Of a DNA stretch of 64,000 bases, positions 20,838 through 29,279 are shown piece by piece (the first letter of the stretch is position 1; every line of letters begins with the position of its first letter). Origin of the DNA: Dehalococcoidia bacterium (lineage in GTDB: Bacteria; Chloroflexota; Dehalococcoidia; DSTF01; JACRBR01); the NCBI GenBank assembly GCA_021462855.1, contig JAJTXQ010000021.1:1430-65429 (forward strand), given 5' to 3'. The notes beneath the pieces were generated by a model, which was not told where the DNA came from, did no database searches, and saw only the letters and a program-made list of their open reading frames with translations. The translations under genes and the position numbers were made by a program.

Positions 20838-22033
20838 CCGAGCATCCTCGCCGCAACCGCGGCCTGGCGTTCGGCGATGCGCTGTGCCCACTGCCCGGGC
20901 GTGACGCGGGCGGCATCGTGGTGCGGGAGCCTGGCCGGCAGTGCATCGAACGGCACGACTTCCGCTGTCGGGCCGTCGGCGGCGGTCAGCGCGCGCGACA
21001 GCCGCTGCCATCGCAGTTGCACGAAGCCGCGCTGATGCCCCGTGCACTCGAGCCAGTTCGCGATGCCGGGGTCGCGCTCGCTGATCACGAACCGCACCTT
21101 TCCATCACCGTCGATGCGCGCCTGCGCGCCGGTGAGGCTCGTCTGGTGGTTGATGAAGTCGGTCGAGATGTACCACATGCTCCCGAGCTGGATGCCCTGG
21201 TACGGCGCCCCGGACGCCGGCACCGTGACGATCATCGCCTCATCGTCGCGCAGGTCGTAGTGTCCGACGGACGAGTACTGCGTCGCGAGGCCGCCGGGCG
21301 TCAGGCGCGGCTCCGTCAGCGTGTTCACCGGCAGGTCAAGGTAGAACCACTTCGGGAACTGGAGGAAGGTCTTGATCTGGCTTACGAGGATCTTGCCGGC
21401 CACCGCGTATCGCCGCGCCGTCGATTCGGCGGTGGCGCGCGGCGGCGCCGCGCCCGCGCGGTCCGCGCGACGGATGCGGAGCATGCCGGGCAGCTCGTTC
21501 GCCCAGTCGCTGTACACCTCGCGCACCAGCAGCATCGCGGCGCCGGGTCCGAGCGCGAACTCGTTGCGCGCGGCGTCGCGCTTGCCGGGGCCGAAGCGCA
21601 GCTCGAATGCGCCGTCGCCGCCAACGGCGAAGTCGCGGTCGTCGAACGCGGTCAGGCTGTCCGGCGCCTGCGACGGCGTGTAGTCGCCATTCATCACCTG
21701 GAAGCTCAGGTCCGCGGTCGTGCCGCGGCGCCCCGTGACGATGTACTCCGCGTCGTCGCGGATGCGCGCGCTGAAATACAGCGTGTCCGGGTTGTCGAGC
21801 CCGACCTTCGTGTACGGCGTCGCCGAGCGGATGAAGTACGGGAAGTCGCGGTCGTGCGACCACGCCGCCTGCAGCGCCGCGCGGATGCACCCGGCGAGAT
21901 ACTCGTAGCCCTCCAGCAGATCCTGCTCGGACTGGATGTGCGGCGCTGCCGCGATGATCCGCTCAGCTTCGCCGATCGCCTCGGCGAGCGGGCCCGGGTA
22001 GCCGCGCGCGTCGAAGGCCGTGGATTCGCTCAA
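20834..22033 (-). CDS. DUF1214 (and probably DUF1254)-domain protein of unknown function. Start uncertain: TTG at 22033 or GTG about 30 nt upstream.
   Basis: A roughly 400-aa conserved-looking C-terminal part (…NGDYTP…FTGAQARIDGDGKVRFVISERDPGIANWL…). The N-terminal ORF extension is an Arg/Gly-rich artefact. TTGA overlap with the SDR stop. Confidence 0.5.
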   Translation of the reverse strand: MSESTAFDARGYPGPLAEAIGEAERIIAAAPHIQSEQDLLEGYEYLAGCIRAALQAAWSHDRDFPYFIRSATPYTKVGLDNPDTLYFSARIRDDAEYIVTGRRGTTADLSFQVMNGDYTPSQAPDSLTAFDDRDFAVGGDGAFELRFGPGKRDAARNEFALGPGAAMLLVREVYSDWANELPGMLRIRRADRAGAAPPRATAESTARRYAVAGKILVSQIKTFLQFPKWFYLDLPVNTLTEPRLTPGGLATQYSSVGHYDLRDDEAMIVTVPASGAPYQGIQLGSMWYISTDFINHQTSLTGAQARIDGDGKVRFVISERDPGIANWLECTGHQRGFVQLRWQRLSRALTAADGPTAEVVPFDALPARLPHHDAARVTPGQWAQRIAERQAAVAARMLG

Positions 22034-22818
22034 TGGTGGAACTCCCCCGCATTCACGTCGAGGCACTGGCCCGTGATCGCGTGCGCCATGTCCGATAGCA
22101 GGAAGACGGCCGCATCGGCGACCTCCTCGGGCAGCGGCAGGCGGCGCAGGTCGGTGGCCGCCGCCGTCTCGGCGTAGATGTCGTCGTGCGTCACGCCGCG
22201 CTCTTTCGCCAGGTGGTCGAAATACCACTTCACCGCGCCGGCGTAGATCCACCCCGGCGCGACGCTGTTGACGCGGATCCCGCGCGGCCCCAGCTCCGAA
22301 GCCAGGCTCTGCGCCATCGCCAGCAGGCTCGCCTTGCCCATCTTGTACGGCCCGTATTCCTTCCGGCTGTGGCGGAGCGCCGCCGAGTTGATCATCACGA
22401 CGGCGCCGCCGGCGCGTTCGAGCTCCGGCGCGCACAGCCGCGTCATCCGCAGCGCCGCGAGCACGTTCGTCTCGAACGCCGCGCGGATGTCGGCCGCGTC
22501 GACCTGCGTGAGCGGCGTCATCGGCGGCATGGCGAAGGCGTTGTTCACGAGCCCGTCGATGCGGCCGAACTGCGCCACCGCCCGCTCGACGAGCGTCTCG
22601 CATGCCGCGTCGTCCGTCAGGTCGGCCGGCGCGACGAGCGCGCGGCGCCCGCCTTCGCGGACGCGCTCGGCGACGTTCTCGAGCCGCCGCTCCGTGCGCG
22701 CCGACAGCACGATGTCAGCGCCGGCTGCGGCTGCGCGCGTGGCGATCGCCGCGCCCAGCCCCGGCCCGACGCCCGCGACCAGGATCACCTTCCCGTCAAG
22801 CAGCAGCGCCGCTGTCAT
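22030..22818 (-). CDS. SDR family oxidoreductase
   Basis: ATG (MTAALLLDGKVILVAGVGPGLGAAIA) with a TGxxxGxG-type NAD(P) motif and a catalytic YxxxK (YGPYKMGK). ATGA overlap with the upstream LLM gene. Confidence 0.85.
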   Translation of the reverse strand: MTAALLLDGKVILVAGVGPGLGAAIATRAAAAGADIVLSARTERRLENVAERVREGGRRALVAPADLTDDAACETLVERAVAQFGRIDGLVNNAFAMPPMTPLTQVDAADIRAAFETNVLAALRMTRLCAPELERAGGAVVMINSAALRHSRKEYGPYKMGKASLLAMAQSLASELGPRGIRVNSVAPGWIYAGAVKWYFDHLAKERGVTHDDIYAETAAATDLRRLPLPEEVADAAVFLLSDMAHAITGQCLDVNAGEFHH

Positions 22819-23687
22819 CGCGCCTTCGCCATCACGCGCTCGGCGTATCGCTCGAGGTTCGCGATCTTCGCGGCGAGCGGCTCGGCGTCTTGGCCGGCGA
22901 TGTACGGATTGCGGAAGCCGACGATCGCGTCGGTCACGCCGCGCTCCTCGAGCCGGCGGATGCCGTCCGGCGTGTACGCCTCGGCGGAGATGACGTGGAT
23001 TTCGAACGGGCGCGCGGCCGTGCCGGCGCCCTCGCGCAGCTGCGCGAGCCGCGTGAGGAGCGCGCCGAGGTCGTCCGTGCCGCCGGCGTGCATCCAGCCG
23101 TCGCCGCGTGTGGCGGCGCGCCGCAACGCCGCTTCGCTGTGCCCGCCGACGAGGATCGGGATCGGTTGCGACGGAACCGGCGCGATCTTGACCGCAGGCA
23201 CGTCGTACGCTTCGCCGTGGTGCTCGAAGTAGCCGCCGCGCGTCAGTCCCCGGACGATGTCGATGGCCTCGTCCATGCGCGCCCCGCGCCGCTCCCACGG
23301 CACGCCCATGGCGGCGAAGTCCTCCGGCCAGGGGCTGATGCCGACGCCGAGCGCCAGGCGGTTTCCCGTAAGCACGGCGATCGACGCCGCCTGCTTCGCG
23401 ACGAGCACGGGCGGCCGCACCGGCAGTTTCAGCACGAACGGCGTGAAACGTATGCGCGTCGTCACGGCGCCCATCGCCGCGATCAGCGTGAACGCCTCGA
23501 TGAACGGCTTGTCGTCGAGGAACTCGCGTGTGCCGTCAGCGGTGTACGGGTACGCCGTCGACGATTCGCGCGGATAGCACAGGCTGTCGCCGACGGCGAA
23601 CGAGTCGAAGCCCGCCGCTTCGGCCGCCCGCGCGAGCGGCAGGTAGAACGCCGGATCCGTCATCGCCTCCGCGTAGGTGAACCGCAT
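22815..23687 (-). CDS. LLM-class (luciferase-like) F420-dependent oxidoreductase family protein
   Basis: About 290 aa with a luciferase-like TIM-barrel signature (MRFTYAE...GFDSFAVGDSL...VGISPWPEDF). First gene of the minus-strand operon. Confidence 0.7.
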   Translation of the reverse strand: MRFTYAEAMTDPAFYLPLARAAEAAGFDSFAVGDSLCYPRESSTAYPYTADGTREFLDDKPFIEAFTLIAAMGAVTTRIRFTPFVLKLPVRPPVLVAKQAASIAVLTGNRLALGVGISPWPEDFAAMGVPWERRGARMDEAIDIVRGLTRGGYFEHHGEAYDVPAVKIAPVPSQPIPILVGGHSEAALRRAATRGDGWMHAGGTDDLGALLTRLAQLREGAGTAARPFEIHVISAEAYTPDGIRRLEERGVTDAIVGFRNPYIAGQDAEPLAAKIANLERYAERVMAKAR

Positions 23688-23809
23688 GCCGCCTCGCTGT
23701 TGCCTTGTGTCCGGAATGGCACGATAGTAGGCGTTGCGGCCGTCCGGCGAAAGAGCGGAACCTCCGTGCGATGTCCGGCGTCATCCCACATGTGAAAGGA
23801 GCGAAGCGC

Positions 23810-24280
23810 ATGGCTCGCGTGCTCATCCTCCTCCCTGTGGCCGCCTTCGCGCTGGCGGCGCTCGCGGCCGCCTGCGGCGGCGACGGTCCCTCGATCCCGC
23901 CCGATCGCACGCCGGATTCGCCCGGCGGGGCGTCGAGCCGGCTCGAAGGCACGGCGTGGCGCCTCGAGCGCATCGGCGCGCGGGGCGCGCTGACAAACGC
24001 GCCGCCGTGGCTCCGGTTCGAAGACGGCGGCAAGCTCGGCGGGACCACCGGCTGCAACTCGCTCGGCGGCGAGTGGAAGACCAGCGGCGACAAGCTGATG
24101 CTCAGCGGCATCGTCAGCACGCTGATCGGCTGCGAGGGAGCCGTCGCCGAGCAGGAAGCGTCGTTCCTGGCGGTGCTGCGCGCCGTCGAACGGTACCGCG
24201 TCCAGGGCACGACGCTCGTGCTGCTCGACGCGGACGGCGTCGTGAAGGCGACGTTCATGGACGAGGAGTCCGCGCCCTGA
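23810..24280 (+). CDS. META domain (HslJ-like, DUF306) lipoprotein
   Basis: GAAAGGAG RBS and a lipoprotein signal (LAALAAACGG). META/HslJ motifs (LEGTAWRLE, GGTTGCNSLGGEW). Confidence 0.6.
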   Translation: MARVLILLPVAAFALAALAAACGGDGPSIPPDRTPDSPGGASSRLEGTAWRLERIGARGALTNAPPWLRFEDGGKLGGTTGCNSLGGEWKTSGDKLMLSGIVSTLIGCEGAVAEQEASFLAVLRAVERYRVQGTTLVLLDADGVVKATFMDEESAP

Positions 24281-24287
24281 CCGTGCG

Positions 24288-24662
24288 CTACGACGCGGCG
24301 TCGCTCTGCTTCGTCCAGGTGGCCATGTCGAAGTAATCGCGCCAGGCGCTGATCTTGCCGTCGCGCACCTCGAACACGCCGGCCACCGGCAGCACGACCT
24401 TCTTTCCGCCGATCAGGAACGTATCGACGCGCTCCGTGAACACGACACCGTCGCCCTCGGAGATGTGCAGCATCGCGAAGTCCACGGATTCCGCCGGCTT
24501 CATGAACATCTCCAGCAGCCCGCGGATGCCGGCCGTGCCCTGGACCGGCGCGAGCGGCATGTTGTGGTAGACCGCATCCGCCGTGAAAAAGCCCATCAGC
24601 TCATCGACGTCCCTTCGGCTGAACGCCGCGCAGAACGCCCGTACGGTGTCGATGTCGCCCAT
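24288..24662 (-). CDS. SnoaL-like/NTF2-fold protein (limonene-1,2-epoxide hydrolase-like)
   Basis: 124-aa ORF from the internal ATG (MGDIDTVRAFCAAFSRRDVDEL...), typical of the LEH/SnoaL family. The upstream extension is spurious. Confidence 0.55.
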   Translation of the reverse strand: MGDIDTVRAFCAAFSRRDVDELMGFFTADAVYHNMPLAPVQGTAGIRGLLEMFMKPAESVDFAMLHISEGDGVVFTERVDTFLIGGKKVVLPVAGVFEVRDGKISAWRDYFDMATWTKQSDAAS

Positions 24663-24675
24663 ATCACGCCTCCCG

Positions 24676-25827
24676 CTATTCGAAGCAGCCGATCTCGCGC
24701 GCGATGATGTGCTTCTGGATCTCGCTCGTGCCCTCGGCGATCGTGGTCGCGCGAATGTCGCGATAGTAGCGGGAGACCGGCGTCTCGTCCATGTACCCGA
24801 GCCCGCCGAAGATCTGCACCGCGCCATCGGCGGCCCGCTTCGCCATCTCGGTCGCGAAGAGCTTGGCCATCGCGGCATGCTTGGCATAGGGCTGGCGCGC
24901 CTCGTGCAGGCGGCACGCCTCGTCGCGCAGCAGCCGCGCGGCCTCGCCCTCGAGCGCCATGTCGACGAGCATCGCCTGCACGTGCTGGAAGCGCGCCAGC
25001 GGCCGCTTGAACGCGACGCGCCGCTTCGCGTGCGCCAGCGCGACATCGAGGCACTCGCGCGCCAGCCCGATCGCCTGCGACGCGAGGTAGATGCGCGTGA
25101 TGTGGAAGCCGCCCCCGACGATCGCCTGCCGCCCGCTGCCCGACCCGCCGAGCAGGTGCCACGACGGCACGCGGCAGCCGTCAAAGAACAGCTCGCGCGT
25201 GTCCGATGACCGCAGGCCCATCTTTCGCAGCGGCGGTCCCATCGTGTACCCCGGCGTGCCGTTGGGCACGATGATGATGCCATAGCCGTCGTCGGTGCGG
25301 CACAGCACCATCGCGAAGCCGCAGATGTCGAGCCCGGCGTTGCTGATGAAGATCTTTCCGCCGTCGATCACCCACTCGTCGCCGTCGAGGCGCGCGCGCG
25401 TCTTGATCGCGGCGGTGTCAGAGCCCGCGTCCGGCTCGGTGATGCCGCCGGCGCCGACCATCTCGCCGCGCACCGTCGGCGCGATGTACGTGTCGCTCCA
25501 TGCCGCCAGCTGGTCGTCGCCGCCATGGATCATCGACTGCGCGCCCTGGATGCCGACCCAGAGCGTCAGCGCCAGCGACATGTCGACGGCGCTCAACTCC
25601 TCGAGAGCCAGGCAGAACGACAGCGCGTCGGCGCCGCTGCCGCCGAACTCCTCCGGGAAGAGCATCCCCGGCACACCCATGTCGCCGAGGCGCCGCAGCA
25701 GCGCCCCGTCGAACCGCGACGTGCGGTCGCGCTCCTCGGCGCCGTGCGCCACCTCGCGCCGCGCGAAGTCGCGCACCGCCTGCTGGATCTGCCGCTGCGT
25801 CTCGCTGTAGGTATTCGCTTCGCCCAC
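24676..25827 (-). CDS. Acyl-CoA dehydrogenase family protein
   Basis: GTG start with GGAGG 9 nt upstream. ACAD motifs (GITEPDAGSD, catalytic C-terminal ...IAEGTSEIQKHIIAREI). Confidence 0.85.
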   Translation of the reverse strand: MGEANTYSETQRQIQQAVRDFARREVAHGAEERDRTSRFDGALLRRLGDMGVPGMLFPEEFGGSGADALSFCLALEELSAVDMSLALTLWVGIQGAQSMIHGGDDQLAAWSDTYIAPTVRGEMVGAGGITEPDAGSDTAAIKTRARLDGDEWVIDGGKIFISNAGLDICGFAMVLCRTDDGYGIIIVPNGTPGYTMGPPLRKMGLRSSDTRELFFDGCRVPSWHLLGGSGSGRQAIVGGGFHITRIYLASQAIGLARECLDVALAHAKRRVAFKRPLARFQHVQAMLVDMALEGEAARLLRDEACRLHEARQPYAKHAAMAKLFATEMAKRAADGAVQIFGGLGYMDETPVSRYYRDIRATTIAEGTSEIQKHIIAREIGCFE

Positions 25828-26016
25828 GTTGTTCAGCCTCCGCCCTCGGTGGCCCGATCGTACGACCACGCCGGGGCTGGCTCAAATGTGCATACGGGCG
25901 CGTTCGCACGGGAGCGCGTGACACGCCGCCAGCGTTACGTGGCGGCCAGGCAAGCGGTTGACCGCGGCGCCGCGATCGTGGCGAAGTTCGGCGCGCGGCC
26001 TGCGCGGTGGCGCGGG

Positions 26017-26439
26017 TCAGGCGGCGGCAGCGAGCGGCGCGGGCTCCTCCGCGACGAGCGGCGTCGGCTCTGCCGCTGCCGCTTCTGCGGCCGCGAGGCC
26101 GAGCGCGGCGGCGACGGTGTGCAGGTCGTCGAGCAGGTCGGCGATGTCCACCTCGCCGGCGAGGTCGAGGATCACCGAGCGGTCATCCTCCATCGACTCG
26201 GTGTTGTTGAACATGCTGAGGAGCGCGTCGGCGCCACCGAGCGCGTCGGGCGCGGGAGCTTCCGCCACGGGCGCGGCCTCCCCTGCCGGCGCTTCGTCGG
26301 GCGTGCCCGGCCCGGCGCTGTCCTGCCCTGGCTCGGGCTCCCCGGCCGGCGCGAAGGCGCCCGTCAGGGCGTCATCGGCTTCATCGGCTTCGCCGGCTGG
26401 CGCCGCGGGCTCGTCGTCCTTCTTCTTTGTGAAGGCCAT
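26017..26439 (-). CDS. Small acidic, low-complexity (probably disordered) protein downstream of the ArlI-like gene
   Basis: GGGAGG 6 nt upstream of the ATG. 140 aa, Ala/Glu/Pro/Asp-rich. Third codon positions are GC-biased as in real genes. Confidence 0.5.
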   Translation of the reverse strand: MAFTKKKDDEPAAPAGEADEADDALTGAFAPAGEPEPGQDSAGPGTPDEAPAGEAAPVAEAPAPDALGGADALLSMFNNTESMEDDRSVILDLAGEVDIADLLDDLHTVAAALGLAAAEAAAAEPTPLVAEEPAPLAAAA

Positions 26440-26574
26440 GGTCCGCCTCCCGGGCGCGCGAAACGGCGCGCCGCCTCGGGGTAGTATCGGCGGCGATCGG
26501 GGGTTCCCTTAGGGGTGTGTGAGGGGTTTGCGGGCCGAATCGGGCGGCGCCACGAGGAAGCTTCAAGCAGGCGC

Positions 26575-28329
26575 CTAGAACAGGCCCTGCTTTTGCGCCT
26601 TCGAGAGCAGCTTGAACAGCTCGTAGAAGTTGGCGACGCCGGAGTCGCCGAGCTTCTGCAGCAACGCGCCGCGACGGTCGACTTCCTTGTAGATCTGCCG
26701 CCGCTTCTTCTCGGACAGGCCGCGCGCCGGCGCGATGCGCTGCTCCAGGATGTAGCTGTTGTTCAGCCCGACGAACTCGAACACGTCGTTCACCGGGTCC
26801 CAGCGGAAGATCTCGACGAACGAAAAGGAGTTCGTCGAGGGATCGTAGCCGATGATCTCCGAGATGCTGAGGATGCGGCGGCCGGGCTTGCCGTTCGGCA
26901 GCCGCACCGCGCTCGCAATGACGACGACGTTCAGGTTGTCCACGTACGTCTTCGGCACGTTGATCGGCGCGCCGGTGACACGCTGGATCAGCTTCTCGAC
27001 CGTCGCGGCGTGGAACGTCGCGCACACGGCGTGGCCGGTCATCATCGCCTGGAACGCGATGTTGCCCTCCTCGCCACGGATCTCACCGATGATGATCATG
27101 TTCGGGCGCTGGCGCAGCGCGGCCTTCAGCAGGCTGAACATGTCGACGCCGCCGCCCTGCGCCGACTGGCCGCGGATCACCTCGCGGGTCCAGTTCGGGT
27201 GCGGCACCTGCACTTCCGGCGTGTCCTCGATGCTCACGATCTTCGCCCACGGCGGGATGAACGTCATCAGCGCGTTCATCAGCGTCGTCTTGCCCGAGGC
27301 CGTCTCGCCTGACACGAAGAAGTTGAGCCCCTCCTCGACGACCAGCGACAGGTAGCCGGCCATCTGCCACGTCAGCGCGCCCGAGTTGCAGATGTCGACG
27401 ATGCTGAGCGGGACGCCCATGAACTTGCGGATGGTGAAGTTGGAGCCGTTCTTCGACACATCGCCGCCGTAGACGATGTTGATACGCGAGCCGTCGGGCA
27501 GCGTGGCGTCGACGATCGGGTTGCGGAAGGTCACCGGCTTCTTGATCTTCTCGGCGAGCTTCAGGACGAAGTCGTCGAGCTCCTCGTGCTGGTCGAAGGT
27601 GATGCTGCTCTTCAACCCCTTGAAGATCTTGTGCTCGATGTACACCGGGCCGAGCCCGCTGCACGAGATGTCCTCGATCCAGTTATCGGAGATCAGCGGC
27701 TCGAGCGGGCCCATGCCCACCTTGTCGCGGATGACGGCGTACTTCAGCGCCTCGAGCTCGGACTGCGTGAGCTTGATCTTGCCGCCCCTGGCGCCGGACT
27801 TGCTGCCGCCGAACGGCAGCTTCAGGAAGCCCGCCTCACCGTCCTTTACGTTCGGCTTCGGCGCAGCCGGCGCGTCGACGACGTCGCAGCTGTCGTCGAT
27901 GGCCTGGAGCAGCCCCAGCGTCTTCTCCTCCGGCGTCGTCGCCTCGGCGAGGATCTCGACGAAGTCCAGCAGGAGGAACTCCATCTGCTCCAGCAAGTCG
28001 CCCATCGCGTCGGACCCGGGCTCGATGGCGATGTAGAAGTTCCGCGCCTCGGCGTTGTCCGGGAAGATGTGGATGAACGTGTTGTTGCCGACCGGGTAGA
28101 TCAGGTTCGGGTCCTTGAGGTCGCCCAGCTTGCGGTTGGCCTCCGGGTAATAGTCCGGCACGCCGTACTCCTGCATCGGCACCTTGTGCAGGTACGTCAT
28201 CAGGTGCGGCGCCGCCTCGGCCTGCTCCCGCAGCTCGGGCGAGAGGATGTTGTGCAGCGGGCACTGCGCGGCGCCACGCGAGTGGTCGTCGATCTCGGCA
28301 GGCGCATCGAACGGCAGGCGCTGCGGCAT
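26575..28329 (-). CDS. Archaeal-type secretion ATPase, ArlI/FlaI-like (type II/IV secretion NTPase superfamily)
   Basis: Walker A (VSGETASGKTT) and the TadA/FlaI N-terminal motif (ATLPDGSRINIV...FTIRKF). Archaeal-type signature (LLKAALRQRPNMIIIGEIRGEEG) and a FlaI-like C-terminal extension (…FRWDPVNDVFEFVG…). Confidence 0.75.
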   Translation of the reverse strand: MPQRLPFDAPAEIDDHSRGAAQCPLHNILSPELREQAEAAPHLMTYLHKVPMQEYGVPDYYPEANRKLGDLKDPNLIYPVGNNTFIHIFPDNAEARNFYIAIEPGSDAMGDLLEQMEFLLLDFVEILAEATTPEEKTLGLLQAIDDSCDVVDAPAAPKPNVKDGEAGFLKLPFGGSKSGARGGKIKLTQSELEALKYAVIRDKVGMGPLEPLISDNWIEDISCSGLGPVYIEHKIFKGLKSSITFDQHEELDDFVLKLAEKIKKPVTFRNPIVDATLPDGSRINIVYGGDVSKNGSNFTIRKFMGVPLSIVDICNSGALTWQMAGYLSLVVEEGLNFFVSGETASGKTTLMNALMTFIPPWAKIVSIEDTPEVQVPHPNWTREVIRGQSAQGGGVDMFSLLKAALRQRPNMIIIGEIRGEEGNIAFQAMMTGHAVCATFHAATVEKLIQRVTGAPINVPKTYVDNLNVVVIASAVRLPNGKPGRRILSISEIIGYDPSTNSFSFVEIFRWDPVNDVFEFVGLNNSYILEQRIAPARGLSEKKRRQIYKEVDRRGALLQKLGDSGVANFYELFKLLSKAQKQGLF

Positions 28330-28335
28330 CGGCGG

Positions 28336-29049
28336 TCAGGCCTTTGCGCTCGACACGGGGATGATGCGCATGCCGAGTCCCGGCTCGACATCGAAGTTCA
28401 CGATGTTGCCGGTCGTCTTTTCCGCGCCGCGGACCTTCGCCACTTCCAGCACCTTCATCAGCACGTCGCGCACTTCCTCGGTGCGGAGGCGCAGGTGCGC
28501 GTCGCACAGCGAGCGGATGCGCATGAACATCGCTTCCTCGAACGCGTGCGAGTGCATGGTGAAGAAGACGGTCATGTTGTTGTCCACGTACTCCTTCACC
28601 GACGTGAGGAACGACAGCGTCTGTGACTCGGGCACCTGCGACACGAACGACGTCAGCGAGTCGAGGAACACGCAGTCGAAGCGCCCCTCCAGCGTGCCGA
28701 TGTGGTCGAGCAGCTTGTGGAACGCCGTGTCGGCCGCCTCCGGCGTCATCGCGGCGGGCACCGGGTACACGTTGAACGTGCCGAGCAGGAAGAAGTCCGT
28801 CACGTCGAGGCTCAGGCTCGCCATCTGGCGGAACAGGCTGCGAGACGTGTTCTCGGTCGTGTAGAGCACGCAGCGGAACCCGCCGTTCAGCGCGCCGTGG
28901 ATGAGCTGTTGCGTGATCACGCTCTTGCCCGCGTTCGACGAGCCTTCGATGAGGATCAGCGACCCCTCGGGGATGCCGCCGCCCATCTTCTTGTCGATCT
29001 CCGTGCTGCCGGTCGACACGACGCGTCGCTCGGCGAGATCAATGCTCAT
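28336..29049 (-). CDS. KaiC/RecA-fold ATPase, ArlH/FlaH-like
   Basis: ATG with GGAGG 8 nt upstream (MSIDLAERRVVSTGSTEIDKKMGGGIPEGSLILIEGSSNAGKS). FlaH-like downstream block (YTTENTSRSLFRQMASLSLDV…YPV). 237 aa. The longer ORF N-terminus is an artefact. Confidence 0.65.
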   Translation of the reverse strand: MSIDLAERRVVSTGSTEIDKKMGGGIPEGSLILIEGSSNAGKSVITQQLIHGALNGGFRCVLYTTENTSRSLFRQMASLSLDVTDFFLLGTFNVYPVPAAMTPEAADTAFHKLLDHIGTLEGRFDCVFLDSLTSFVSQVPESQTLSFLTSVKEYVDNNMTVFFTMHSHAFEEAMFMRIRSLCDAHLRLRTEEVRDVLMKVLEVAKVRGAEKTTGNIVNFDVEPGLGMRIIPVSSAKA

Positions 29050-29279
29050 GGTCGCGGCCTCCAGCCCGATCGCGCGCATACGACAGCGCGCCGCCCGGCG
29101 CAGGGGCGCGGGCTCACTGACATTGTCGGCGCGGCGCCCGGCAAAAGGCAGGTGCGCGCACCCGCGAGATGCGCCCGCCGAATCGAACATCGGGGCGCCG
29201 CCACGCGGGCGTGCGGGGCCCGCGCGGCGCGTGCCGGGCGGTTCCCCTACGGGAGGCGCTTCCGTAGACTCATCGCCAT

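Noticed and set aside
20838-21047. An N-terminal extension of the sulfotransferase ORF (MHGASARL…, 70 extra residues); similar Arg-rich extensions precede the amidase, SDR, M28 peptidase, murI, atpD, atpE, MFS and DUF1214 ORFs
   Set aside because: The extensions overlap the upstream gene by 100-600 nt and are Arg-rich with no conservation. In each case an internal start with a proper SD or a 4-nt stop/start overlap gives a protein of canonical length.
26440-26574. A possible terminator hairpin after the ArlI-like stop (GGCGCC…GAAGCTTC…GGCGCC)
   Set aside because: Only 6-bp arms with an 18-nt loop and no U-tract. Not convincing as an intrinsic terminator.
29050-29279. GCGCGC…GCGCGC and TGCGCGCA palindromes in the FlaH/ACD divergent intergenic region
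   Set aside because: They are trivial self-complementary GC hexamers expected by chance at 70% GC. No extended arms.
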